Positions 17,995 through 30,880 of a DNA stretch of 64,000 nt are shown one piece after another. The notes beneath the pieces were generated by a model. That model worked only from the letters and a program-made list of their open reading frames with translations. It searched no databases and was not told where the DNA came from. The DNA is taken from NCBI GenBank assembly GCA_009914755.4, contig CP068257.2:544001-608000 (forward strand). Reading direction: 5' to 3'. The stretch is from the human T2T-CHM13v2.0 reference genome, Homo sapiens. A program made the translations under genes and the position numbers. The number at the start of each line of letters is the position of its first letter. Position 1 is the first letter of the stretch.

Positions 17995-19354
17995 CTAAAG
18001 AGCATCAGAAGGTGTTGGGAGAGCCTCAGCCGGAACTTCAAGGGCACAGAGAGGCCAGCGGGCTCCCTTGCACATCAGCCAGGGTGCCCAATGAGCTCAG
18101 GTCTAGCCAGGAAGCCGGCAAAGAGAGCTAGAGGTCTGCGTTCCGCCGCCAGCTGCTCCATGGTGGCAGCTGGGAGGCTGCAGGGGTACGGGCGGGTCGG
18201 CGACAGTAGCATGGAGGCGCAGAGGAGGCAAGCCACCGAGGGGTGACAGGCCTGGACGCTGCGCGGGCCCAGTGTTTCATGGGATGGGCGTCTCCACCTA
18301 GCCTAGTGGAGGACTCATTTCCTGGGGGTGTGGGGTAGGGGTTGGGTGGGGGTGGTCAGGCGTGGGTGGGTTGGTGGAAAGGCATGAGAGCTCTGTCTGG
18401 GCTGCTCCCACAGCACAGGCGGCTGCCCGCAAAGCCGCGCGTGCACAGTAGGCGGCACACATGCTGGTACCTGTGCCGGCTCTGGGACCCCCGTGATGCC
18501 CAGGAAAGAATGGCAGTTCTCCGCTGTGAGGAGCCTCTCACCCGGCCTAGACCTAGAAGGCAGGAATCCCAGGGCGGTCAGCCCGGTGGAGGGAGCGTGG
18601 GGAAGACACGCCCCTCCATACTCAGCCAGGTGTTCCCCGTGAAAGAGAGGCCACCGCCCTGCCCAGACCCGACCACGACCCCACCCTGCATCCTAAATCT
18701 CCTCCAGCAGAGCCCGGTATTCTTCCTCGCTGAGGGGTACTTCCAGTGAGGCGGCATCTTCCAAGGCCTCCTGCTCCCCCGGGGCCTCCGTTTCTAGGAA
18801 AGGTTGTGCCTGCCACAGAAACTCGAGGCTCGCCAGGAGTTCATCCAACAGCAGGCCGGAGGGGAGTGAAGACGAGCGACCCGGCTCCTGGAGCACCTGG
18901 GAAGGTGCCGGGATGCCTTGCATCTGCCCCTGCCGTGCGGAGGCCTCCGGTAGTGTGGGCTGGTGAGGTGGAGCTGCCCTGGCTTGGGGTTCCCACGCTG
19001 CCCCGGCGACCTTGGGACCCCGGCCCCAGCCCCACCACGGACTCCCCTGGGATATGAGTGGCGCAAGCACACCTTGGCCCTGTGGCCCCGATTGAGCGGG
19101 CCCAGGCTGTCCCACTGCGCATGGGCCTGGCAGGCCGTCGTGCTGCGGGTCCCGGTCCTCCCGCGTTTGCCCGGGTGCGGAGGCCTCTGAGGAGCCTGAG
19201 GGTGGGAGAGCACCCCTTCTGGAGGAGCCAGGGCGACGTAGGGAAAATCCCCGCGTGCCGGGACAGGTTGGGATTTCCCCTCTGCCGGTGCGGCCTGTCT
19301 GGGCTGGAGCACGGGGAAAGCCCTCGCTCCCTGGCTCACGAAAGCCCCCTGTCA

Positions 19355-19717
<363 letters not shown>

Positions 19718-19726
19718 TTACCGCCA

Positions 19727-20131
<405 letters not shown>

Positions 20132-20218
20132 TCATGAATGGCGGTGGGCCTTGGGACAGCCCGCCCCACACCGGAATGTTCCCAGGGCTTAGAGGCCTGC
20201 GGCCGGGGATGGTTTCGT

Positions 20219-20233
20219 GGGGGGGGGGGGGGG
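20219..20233 (+). repeat. G15 homopolymer within a purine/G-rich tract (20215-20300) upstream of the unit C DUX4L. Homologous tracts lie at 893-978 (A) and 11455-11545 (B).
   Basis: ggtttcgtggggggggggggggagggcgtggtgatggtggtcgtggggcc... Units A and B have only 5-7 G at this site. Confidence 0.8.
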
Positions 20234-20756
20234 AGGGCGTGGTGATGGTGGTCGTGGGGCCAGAGAGACGAAAGGAAGGGGGCGATGGGGAAGGGGTAAG
20301 GGTGCCGCGTTTCGGGGGCTGGATCTCCGGACCTTTCCAGGAATCCCGCGGGAACTGGAAGCCACTCTCTGGGCACCCTCGCATCATCAGCAGGGAGAAA
20401 CCGGCTTGGGACGGTGGAGGGGAGTGTGGAACTGAACCTCTGAGGCAGTCTTGAGTGTTCCAGGCCCTCTCTCCGTGAAGAAGAGTTCCTGTTGGTGTCA
20501 CCGTTGCCGGGACAGTCTCACACGCCCAGGCTTGTGGCTCTCGTTCATTTCCATGTAGGAGACCAGAGTGAGACCCCAGAGAGAAGATGCAACCCGGCGA
20601 GATGGCCTGATGATGGAATCCCGTGTGTGACAACATGGGGAGTCTGCAATGTGGCCGGTTTGGAAACTGGGAAGGAGAGCGAAGGCACCGTGCCGGTCTT
20701 CCACACTTCCCTGCATGTTTCCGGGTGCCCGCAGAGCTCTGGGAGCAAACAGTCAG

Positions 20757-23700
20757 CATGACACATCTCTGAACTGATCAACAAAGTGATGTAACAATCG
20801 TCTAGGCTCTAACAACAGGGGGTTTGTGACATATCTCTGCACTGATCACCCAGGTGATGGGACTTTTGTTTAGGCTCTGCCTATGGTGGCATTGTGACAT
20901 AGTTCTGCACTGATCACACTGGTGATGGGACACTTGTCTAGGCTCTGTGTATGGGGGCTTTGTGACATATCTCTATACTGATCCCCCAGGTGATGTAACG
21001 CTTGACTAGGCTCTGCCTACGGGGCATAGTGACATATCACTGCATTGATCACCGAGGTGATGTAACTCTTGTCCAGGCTCTGCCTATAGGGGGCCTTGTG
21101 ACATATCTCTGCACTGATCATCTCGGTGATGTAACTCTTACTTATGCTCTGCCTGCAGGGGCATTGTGAAATATGTCTGCACTGATCACCCAGGTGATGG
21201 GACTCTTCTCTAGGCTCTGCCTACTTGGGGCATTGTCACATATTTCTGCACTGATCACCCAGGTGACGGACACTTGCCTTGGATTTGCCTATGGGGGCAT
21301 TGTGACATATCTCTGCACTGATCACCCAGGTGATGTAACTCTGGTCTAAGCTCTGCCTAAATGGGCATTGTGACAAATCTCTGCAATGATCACTCAGGTG
21401 ATGTAACAATTGTCTAGGCTCTGCTTAAAGGGGTCTTGTCACATATCTCTGCACTGATCACCCAGGTGATGTAACACCTGTCTAGGCTCTGCTTACAGGG
21501 GGTATTGTGACATATCTCTGCACTGATCACCTAAGTGATGTAACACTTGTGTAGGCTCTGCCTACAGGGGCATTTTGACATTTCTCTGCACTGTTAACCG
21601 AGGTGATGTAACACTTGTCTAGGCTGTGCCCACAGGGGGATTGAGACATATCTCTGCACTGATCCCGAGGTGATCCAACTCTTGCCTGGTCTCTGTCTAC
21701 TGGGGACATTGTGATATATCTCTGCACTGATCTCCCAAGTGCTGTAACTTTACTCTAGGCTCTGGCTACACGACATTGTGACATATCACTGCACTGATCA
21801 CCGAGGTGATATAACTCTTGTCTAGTCTCTGCCTACAGGGGGCTTGTGACATATATCTGCACTGATCACCCAGGTGATATAACTCTCCTCTAGGCTCTGT
21901 CTACAGGGTGCTTTGTGACATGTCCCTGCACTGATCATCCAGGTGATGGGACTCTTGTCTAGGCTCTGCCAAAAGTGACATTGTGACATATCTCTGCACT
22001 GATCACCCAGGTGATGTAACTCTTTCCCAGGATCTGCTTACAGGGTACTTTGAGACATATCCCTGCAATGATCACCCAGGTGTTGTACCACTTGTCAAGG
22101 CTCTGCCTACAGGTACATTGCGAAGTATTTCTGCAATGATCACCTAGGTCATGTAACTGATTGATGTAACTATTGTCTAGGATCTGCCTAAAGGCACTTT
22201 GTGACATAACTCTGCACTGATCATCCAGGTTATGGGGCTTTTGTCTAGGCTCTGCCTAAGGGGGCATTGTGACATATTTCTGCACTGATAACCCAGGTGA
22301 CGGATTCCTGTCTTGGATCTACCTATGGGAGCATTGTGACATATCTCTGCACTGATCACACAGGTGATGTAACTGTTGTATAAGCTCTGCCTACAGGGGA
22401 ATTGTGAGAGATCTCGCCACTGATCACTCAATTGATGTAACTATTGTCTAGGCTTTGCCTAAAGGTGGCTTTCTGACATACCTTTTCACTGATCACCCTG
22501 GTGATGTAATTCATCTAAGTTCTGCCTACAGGAGCTTTGTGACATATCTCTGCACTGATCACTTAGGTGATGTAACACTTGTATAAGCACTGCCTACAGG
22601 GAATTTTGACAAATCTCCACACTGATAACCTAGGTGATGTAACTCTTTTCTAGGATCTGCCTACAGGGTACTTTGTGACATATCCCTGCAATGATCACCC
22701 AGGTGATGTACCACTTGTCAAGGCTCTGCCTACAGGGACATTGAGATGTATCTCTGCACTGATCACCTAGGTCATGTAACTCTTTTCTAGGCTCTGCCTA
22801 CAGTGGCATTGTGACATATCTCTGCACTGATCATCCAAGTAATGTAACTGTTGTATAAGCTCTGCCTACAGGGGAATTGTGAGAGATCTCTCCACTGATC
22901 ACGCAAGTGATGTAACTATTGTCTAGGCTTTGCCTACAGGGGGCTTTGTGACATACCTTTGCACTGATCACCCAGGTGACGTAACTCATGTAAGTTCTGC
23001 CTACAGGAGCTTTTTGACATATCTCTGTACTGATCACTTAGGTGTTGTGACACTTTTATAATCACTGCCTACAGGGAATTTTGACAAATCTCTGCATCAC
23101 CTAGGTGATGTAACTCTTGTCTACACTCTGCCCAAAGGGGGCATTGTGAAATATCTCTGCACTGATCACAAAGGTGATTCAACTCTTGTGTAGGATCTGC
23201 CTACAGGGGGTATTGTGAGATATCTCCGCACTGATCAACTAGGTGATGTAAATATTGTCTAGGCTCTGCGTACAGGGGCATTTTCACATATCCCTGAACT
23301 GATGACAAAGGTGATGTAACCCTTGCCTTGGCATTGCCTACAGGGGATATTGTGACATACGTCTGCACTGATCACCCAGGTGATGCACCTGTTCTCTATG
23401 CTCTGCCTACAGGGGACATTGTGACATATCTCTGCACTGATCACCCAGGTGATGTCACTTTTCTCAAGGATATGTCTACAGGGACATTGTGATATGTCAC
23501 TGCACTGATCACACAGCTGATGTAACTACTGTGTAGGCTCTGGCTACAGGGGGCTTGTGACACATCTCTGCACTGATCACCCAGGTGATGTAACCTTTGT
23601 CTAGGCTCTGCCAAAAGAGGGCATTATGACATAACTCTCCACTGATCACCCAGGTGATGGGACTCCTGTCTAGGCTAAGCCTACAGGGGCATTGTGACAT

Positions 23701-26700
23701 ATCTCTGCAGTGATCACGCAGGTGATATAACTCTTGTCTATATCTGCCTACTGGCGGCATTGTGGCATATTTCTGCACTGATCACCCAGGTGATGGACTC
23801 TTGTCTTGGATCTGCCTATGGGGGCATAGTGACACGTCTCTGCAGTGATCACTCATGTGATGTAACGCTTGTCTAAGCTGCGTCTAAAGGGGAGTTGTGA
23901 CAGATATCTCCACTGATTACCCAGGTGATGTAACAAACAATTTTCCGCGATTTCTCTACAGGGCCTTTGTGACATATCTTTGCACTGATAACCCTGGAGA
24001 TGTAACTCTTGTCTAGGCTCGGCCTACAGGGGCTGTGTGACATATTTCTGCACTGATCACCCAGGAGATATAACTCTTGTTTAAGCTCTGCCTACAGGGG
24101 TTTTGTGACATATTTCTGTACTGATCACCCAGGTTATGTAACTCTTGTCTATGCTCCACCTACAGGGGGTATTGTGACGTATCTCTGCACTTCTCACACA
24201 GGTGATGTAACTCTTGTCTAGGCTCCACCTACAGGGTGTATTGTGACATATCTCTGCACTGATCACCCATGTGATGTAATATTTATCTAGGCTCTGCCTA
24301 CTGGGGCGTTTTGACATAGCTCTGCACAGATCACCTGGGTTATGTAACTCTTGTCCACTCTCTGCCTAAAGGGGGCATTGTGAAATATCTCTGCACTGAT
24401 CACCCAGGTGATGGGACTCTTCTCTATACTCTGCCTATAGGGGGATTTGTGACATATATCTGCACGGATCACCCAGGTGATGGAAGTCTTGTCTAGGCTC
24501 TGTCTATGGGGTCATTGTGTCAAATATCTGCACTGATCACCCAGGTGATGTAACTCTTCTCTAGGCTCTGTATACAAGGATTTTTGTGACGTATCACTGC
24601 CCTGATCACCTAGGTGATGTAAGCCTTGTATGGGCTTTGCGTACAGAAGGCTTTGTGACATATCTATGCACTGATCTCTGAGGTGATGCAACTCTTGTCT
24701 AGGCACTGCCTACAGGGGACATTGGTACATATCTCTGCAGTGATCACCCAGGTGATGGACTCTTGTCTTAGATCTGCCTACATGGACATTTTGACACATC
24801 TCTGACCTGATCAACCAAGTGATGAAACTCTTGCCTAGGCTCTGCCTAAATGGGCTTTGTGACACATCTCTGAACTGTTCACCCTGGGGAGGGAACTCTA
24901 GTCTACGCTCTGCCTACAGGAGGCATTGTGAAATATCTCTGCACTGATCACCCAGGTGATGGGACTCTTCTTTATCCTCTGCCTATAGGGGGATTTGTGA
25001 CATATATCTGCACAGATCACCCAGGTGATGGAAGTCTTGTCTAGGCTCTGTCTATGGGAGCATTATGTCAAATATCTGCACTGATCACCCAGGTGATGTA
25101 ACTCTTGTCTAGGCTCTGTCTACAGGGATTTTTCTGACACATCACTGCCCTGATCACCTAGGTGATGTAAGCCGTGTATGGGCTTTGCGTACAGAAGGCT
25201 TTGTGACATATCTATGCACTGATCTCTGAGGTGATGCAACTCTTGTCTAGTCACTGCCTATAGAGGACATTGGTACATATCTCTGCAGTGATCACCCAGG
25301 TGATGGACTCTTGTCTTAGATCTGCCTACATGGACATTTTGACACATCTCTGACCTGATCAACCAAGTGATGAAACTCTTGCCTAGGCTCTGCCTAAATG
25401 GGCTTTGTGACACATCTCTGAACTGTTCACCCTGGGGAGGGAACTCTAGTCTACGCTCTGCCTACAGGGGGCATTGTGAAATATCTCTGCACTGATCACC
25501 CAGGTGATGGGACTCTTCTTTATACTCTGCCTAGAGGGGGATTTGTGACATATATCTGCACGGATCACCCAGGTGATGGAAGTCTTGTCTAGGCTCTGTC
25601 TATGGGAGCATTATGTCAAATATCTGCACTGATCACCCAGGTGATGTAACTCTTGTCTAGGCTCTGTCTACAGGGATTTTTCTGACACATCACTGCCCTG
25701 ATCACCTAGGTGATGTAAGCCGTGTATGGGCTTTGCGTACAGAAGGCTTTGTGACATATCTATGCACTGATCTCTGAGGTGATGCAACTCTTGTCTAGTC
25801 ACTGCCTACAGAGGACATTGGTACATATCTCTGCAGTGATCACCCAGGTGATGGACTCTTGTCTTAGATCTGCCTACATGGACATTTTGACACATCTCTG
25901 ACCTGATCAACCAAGTGATGAAACTCTTGCCTAGGCTCTGCCTAAATGGGCTTTGTGACACATCTCTGAACTGTTCACCCTGGGGAGGGAACTCTAGTCT
26001 ACGCTCTGCCTACAGGAGGCTTTTTGAGTTATACCTGCACTGATCATCTAGGTGATGTAACACTGGTCTAGAGTCTCCCTTCACTGGAATCCTCACATAT
26101 CTCTGCACTGATCACCCAGTTGATGTAACTCATTTCTAGATTCAGACTACAGGAGTGTTTTGACATATCTCTGCACTGATCAACCAGTTGATGTAACCCT
26201 TGACTAAGCTCTGCCTACAGGGGCATTGTGAAAGATCTCTCCACTGCTCACCCAGGTGATGTAACAATTGTCTGGGCTTTGCCTACAGGGGGCTTTGTGA
26301 TATACATTTCCACTGATCAAACAGGTGATGTAACCCTTGGCAAATATCTGCTTACAGGGGTATTGTGAAATAACTCTGCACTGATCAACTAGGGGATGTA
26401 ACTCTTGTCTAGGCTATCCCTACATGGGTGTTTTCACATATCCCTGAACTGATGAGAAAGATGATGTAACTCTTGCCTAGGCTTTGCCTACAGGGGATAT
26501 TGTGACATATCTCTGCACTGATCTCCCAGGTGATGCAACTCTACTCTATGCTCTGCCTACAGGGGACATAGTGACATATCTCTGCACTGATCACCCAGGT
26601 GATGGGACTTTTGTCTAGGCTCTGCCTATGGGTGCATTGTGACATATCTCTACACTGATCACTCTGGTGATGTAACTCTTGTGTTGGATCTGCCTATGGG

Positions 26701-29700
26701 GGCATTGTGACATATTTCTGCACTGATCACCCAAGTGATGGGACTCTTATCTAGGCTCTGTGTATGGGTGCTTTGTGACATATGTCTGCACTGATCACCA
26801 AGGTGATGTAACGCTAGACTAGGCTCCGCCTACGAGGCATAGTGACAATCACCGCATTGATCACCGAGGTGATGTAACGCTTGTCCAGGCTCTGCCTATA
26901 CGGCGCCTTGTGACATATCTCTGCAGTGATCATGGAGGTAATGTAACTCTTGCTTGTGCTCTGACTGCAGGGCAGAGATATTGTCAAATATTTCTGCAAT
27001 GATCACCCAGGTGATGGGACTCTTCTCTAGGCTCTGCCTACTGGGGGCATTGTCACATGTTTCTGCACTGATCACCCAGGTGACGGACTCTTGTCTTGGA
27101 TTTGCCTATGGGGGCATTGTGACATATCTCTGCACTGATCACCCAGGTGATGTAACTCTGGTCCAAGATCTGCCTAGAGGGGCATTGTGACAGATCTCTG
27201 CACTGATCACTCAGGTGATGCAACACTTGTCTATGCTCTGCTCATAAGGGCCTTGCACATATCTCTGCACTGATCACCCAGGTGATGTAACTGTTGTCTA
27301 GGCTCTGCTTACAAAGGGTATTGTGACATATCTCTGCACTGATCACCTAAGTGATGTAACACTTGTGTAGGCTCTGCCTACAGGGGCATTCTAACATATC
27401 TCTGCATTGTTAACCGAGGTGATGTAACCGTTGTCTAGGCTGTGCCCACAGGGGTATTGAGACATATCTCTGCACTGATCCCGAGGTGATCCAACTCTTT
27501 CCTGGTGTCTGCCTACTGGGGATATTGTGAAATGTCTCTGCACTGATCTCCCAGGTGCTGTAACCTTAGTCTAGGCTCCAGCTACACGGCATTGTGACAT
27601 ATCACTGCACTGATCACCCACGTGATATAACTCTTGTCTAGGCTCTGCCTACAGGGGCTTGTGAAATATCTCTGCACTGATCACCCAGGTGATATAACTC
27701 TTCTCTAGGATCTGCCTACAGGGTGCTTTGTGACATATCCCTGCAATGATCACCCAGGTGATATACCACTTGTCAAGGCTCTGCCTACAGGGGCTTTGCG
27801 ATGTATCTCTGCACTGATAACCTAGGTCATGTAACGCTTGTCTAGGCTCTGCCTACAGTGGCATTGGGACTTATCTCAGCAATGATCATCCAAGTGATGT
27901 ATCTCTTGTCTAGGATGTGCCTAAAGGGACTTTGTGACATAACTCTGCACTGATCATCCAGGTGATGGGGCTTTTGTCTAGGCTCTGCCTAAGGGGGCAT
28001 TGTGACATATTTCTGCATTGATCACCCAGGTGACAGACAATTGTCTTTGATATGCCTATGGGGGCATTGTTACATATCTCTGCACTGATCACCCAGGTGA
28101 TGTAACAGTTGTATAAGCTCTGCCTACAGGGGAATTGTGAGAGATCTCGCCACTGATCACCCAAGTGATGTAACTATTGTCTAGGCTTTGCCTACATGGG
28201 GCTTTGTGACATACCTTTGCACTGATCACCCAGGTGACGTAACTCATCTAAGTTCTGCCTACGGGAGCTTTGTGACATATTTCTGCACTGATCACTTAGG
28301 TGATGTAACACTTTAATAAGCATTGCCTACAGGGAATTTTGACAAATCTCCGCACTGATCACCTAGGTGATGTAACTCTTGTCTACCCTCTGCCCAAAGG
28401 GGGCATTGTGAAATATCTCTGCACTGATCACCCAGGTGATTCAACTCTTGTCTAGGATCTGCCTACATGGGTTATTGTGAAATATCTCTGCACTGATGAA
28501 CTAGGTGATGTTACTCTTGTCTAGGCTCTGCCTACAGGGGCGTTTTCACATATCCCTGAAGTGATGACAAAGGTGATGTAACTCTTGCCTGGCCTTTGCC
28601 TACAGGGGACATTGTGACATATCTCTGCACTAATCACCCAGGTGATGCAACTCTTCTCTATGCTCTGTCTACAGGGGACATTGTGACATATCTCTTAACT
28701 GATCACCCAGGTGATGCAACTCTTCTCTAAGCTCTGCCTACAGGGTGCACTGTGACGTATCTCTGCACTGATCACCCAGATGATGTAACTCTTTTCTAGT
28801 CTCTGCCTACGGAAGGCGTTGTAACATCACTCTGCACGGATCACCCGGGTTATGTAACTCTTGTCTAGGCTCTGCCTTTGGGGGCATTGTGACTTATCTC
28901 TGCACTGATAACGCAGGAGATGTGACACTTGTCTAAGCTCTGCTGAGAGGCACATTGGGACATGTCCCTGCAGTGATTGCTGAGGTGATCTAAAAGTTGT
29001 CTAGGCTTTACCTACAGTGGGATTTATGACATATCTCTGCACTGATCACCCAGGTGATGTAACTCTTTTCTAGGCTCTGCTAACAGGGGCCTTTTCACAT
29101 ATCACTGCACTGATCACCGAGATGATGTAACTCTTGTATAGGTTTCGCCGACTGGGGGCATTGAGACATATCTCTGTGCTGACCACCGAGGTGATGTAAC
29201 TCTTGTCTGGGATCTGCTTACAGGGGTCATTGTGACATATCTCTTCCCTGATCACCCAGGTGATGTAACGCTTGTCTAGGCTCTGCCTCCTGGAAATATT
29301 GTGACATATCTCCGCAGTGATCACTCAGGTGATGTCACTTTTGTGAAGGATATGGCTACAGGGACATTGTGACATGTCTCTGCACTGATCACACAGCTGA
29401 TGTAATTCTTGTCTAGGCTCTGGCTACAGGGGGCTTATGACACATCCCTAAACTGATCACCCAGGTAATGTAACCATAGTCTAGGCTCTGCCAAAAGGGG
29501 GCATTGTGACATAACTCTGCACTGATCACCCAGGTGATGGGACTCTTGTCTAGGCTCTGCCTACAGGGGCATTGTGACATATCTCTGCACTGATCAAGCG
29601 GGTGATGTAACTCTTGTCTATATCTGCCTACTGGCGGCATTGTGGCATATTTGTGCACTGATCACCCAGATGATGGACTCTTGTCTTGGATCTGCCTATG

Positions 29701-30880
29701 GGGGCATAGTGACATATCTCTGCACTGATCACTCATGTGATGTAATGCTTGTCTAAGGTGCGCCTAAAGGGGAAATGGAACAGATATCTCCACTGACCAC
29801 CCAGGTGAGGTAACAATTTTCTGGGATTGTCTACAGGGGGCTTTGTGACATATATTTGAACAGATCACCCAGGAGATGTGACTCTTGTCTAGGCTCGGCC
29901 TACAGGGGCTTTGTGACATATTTCTGCACTGATCACCTAGGTGATGTAACTATTGTCTGGGCTCCAACTACAGGAGGTATTGTGACGTATCTCTGCACTG
30001 ATCACACAGGTGATGTAACTCTTGTCTAGGCTCCACCTACAGGGTGTATTGAGACGTATCGCTACACTGATCACCCAGGTGATGTAACATTTATATAGGC
30101 TCTGCCTACTGGGGCGTTTTGACATAGCTCTGCACAGATCACATAGGTTATGTAACTCTTGTCCACTCTCTGCCTACAGGAGGCATTGTGAAATATCTCT
30201 GCACTGATCACCCAGGTGATGGGACTTTTCTCTATACTCTGCCTAGAGGTGGATTTGTGACATATCTCTGCACTGATCACCCAGGTGATGGAAGTCTTCC
30301 CTAGGCTCTGTCTATGGGGGCATTGTATCAAATATCTGCACTGATCCCCCAGGTGTTGTAACTCTTGTCTAGGCTCTGTCTACAGGGATTTTTGTGACAT
30401 ATCACTGCACTCATCACCTAGGTGATGTAAGCCTTGTATGGGCTTTGCCTACAGAAGGCTTTGTGACATATCTATGAACTGACCTCTGAGGTGATGCAAC
30501 TCTTGTCTAGGCACTGCCTACAGGGGACATTGGTACATCTCTCTGCACTGATCACCCAGGTGATGGACTCTTGTCTTATATCTGCCTACATGGACATTGT
30601 GGCACATCTCTGAACAGATCGAGCAAGTGATGAAACTCTTGTCTAGGCTCTGCCTATGGGGGCTTTGAGTACACATCTCTGTACTGATCACCCTGGGGAG
30701 GGAACTCTTGTCTACTCTCTGCCTACAAGAGGCTTTACGAATTATACCTGCTCTGGTAACCTAGGTGATGTAACACTTGTCTAGGCTCTGTCTACACGGG
30801 AATTCTCACATGTCTCTGCAATGATCACCCGGGTGATGGAACTCCTGTCTAGGTTCAGCCTACAGGAGGGTTTTGACATA
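20757..30880. repeat. Beta satellite, diverged block distal to unit C, with the same monomer-type order as the homogenised HOR array
   Basis: 68-bp monomers. For example 21300-21800 aligns with HOR positions about 39700-40150 at about 85-90%. Confidence 0.9.
24372..26010. repeat. Local higher-order repeat: three tandem copies of an about 545-bp (8-monomer) block
   Basis: The marker gcattgtgaaatatctctgcactgatcacccaggtgatgggactcttcttta recurs at about 24372, 24917 and 25461. Sequences between the markers are near-identical. Confidence 0.75.

Noticed and set aside
20219-20233. Treating the G15 homopolymer as a definite biological expansion
   Set aside because: Homopolymers of this length are a common basecalling or assembly error class. 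Units A and B have short G runs here. I keep it only as a low-confidence observation.
22141-27000. Small irregular segments inside the satellite (e.g. 22141-22175 catgtaactgattgatgtaactattg, 23925-23950 caaacaattttccgcgatttc, 26955-26990 gcagagatattgtcaaatatttc) as possible insertions of foreign sequence
   Set aside because: Each is under 40 bp and explainable as a partial monomer duplication or deletion, or a few substitutions. There are no terminal repeats, target-site duplications or ORFs.
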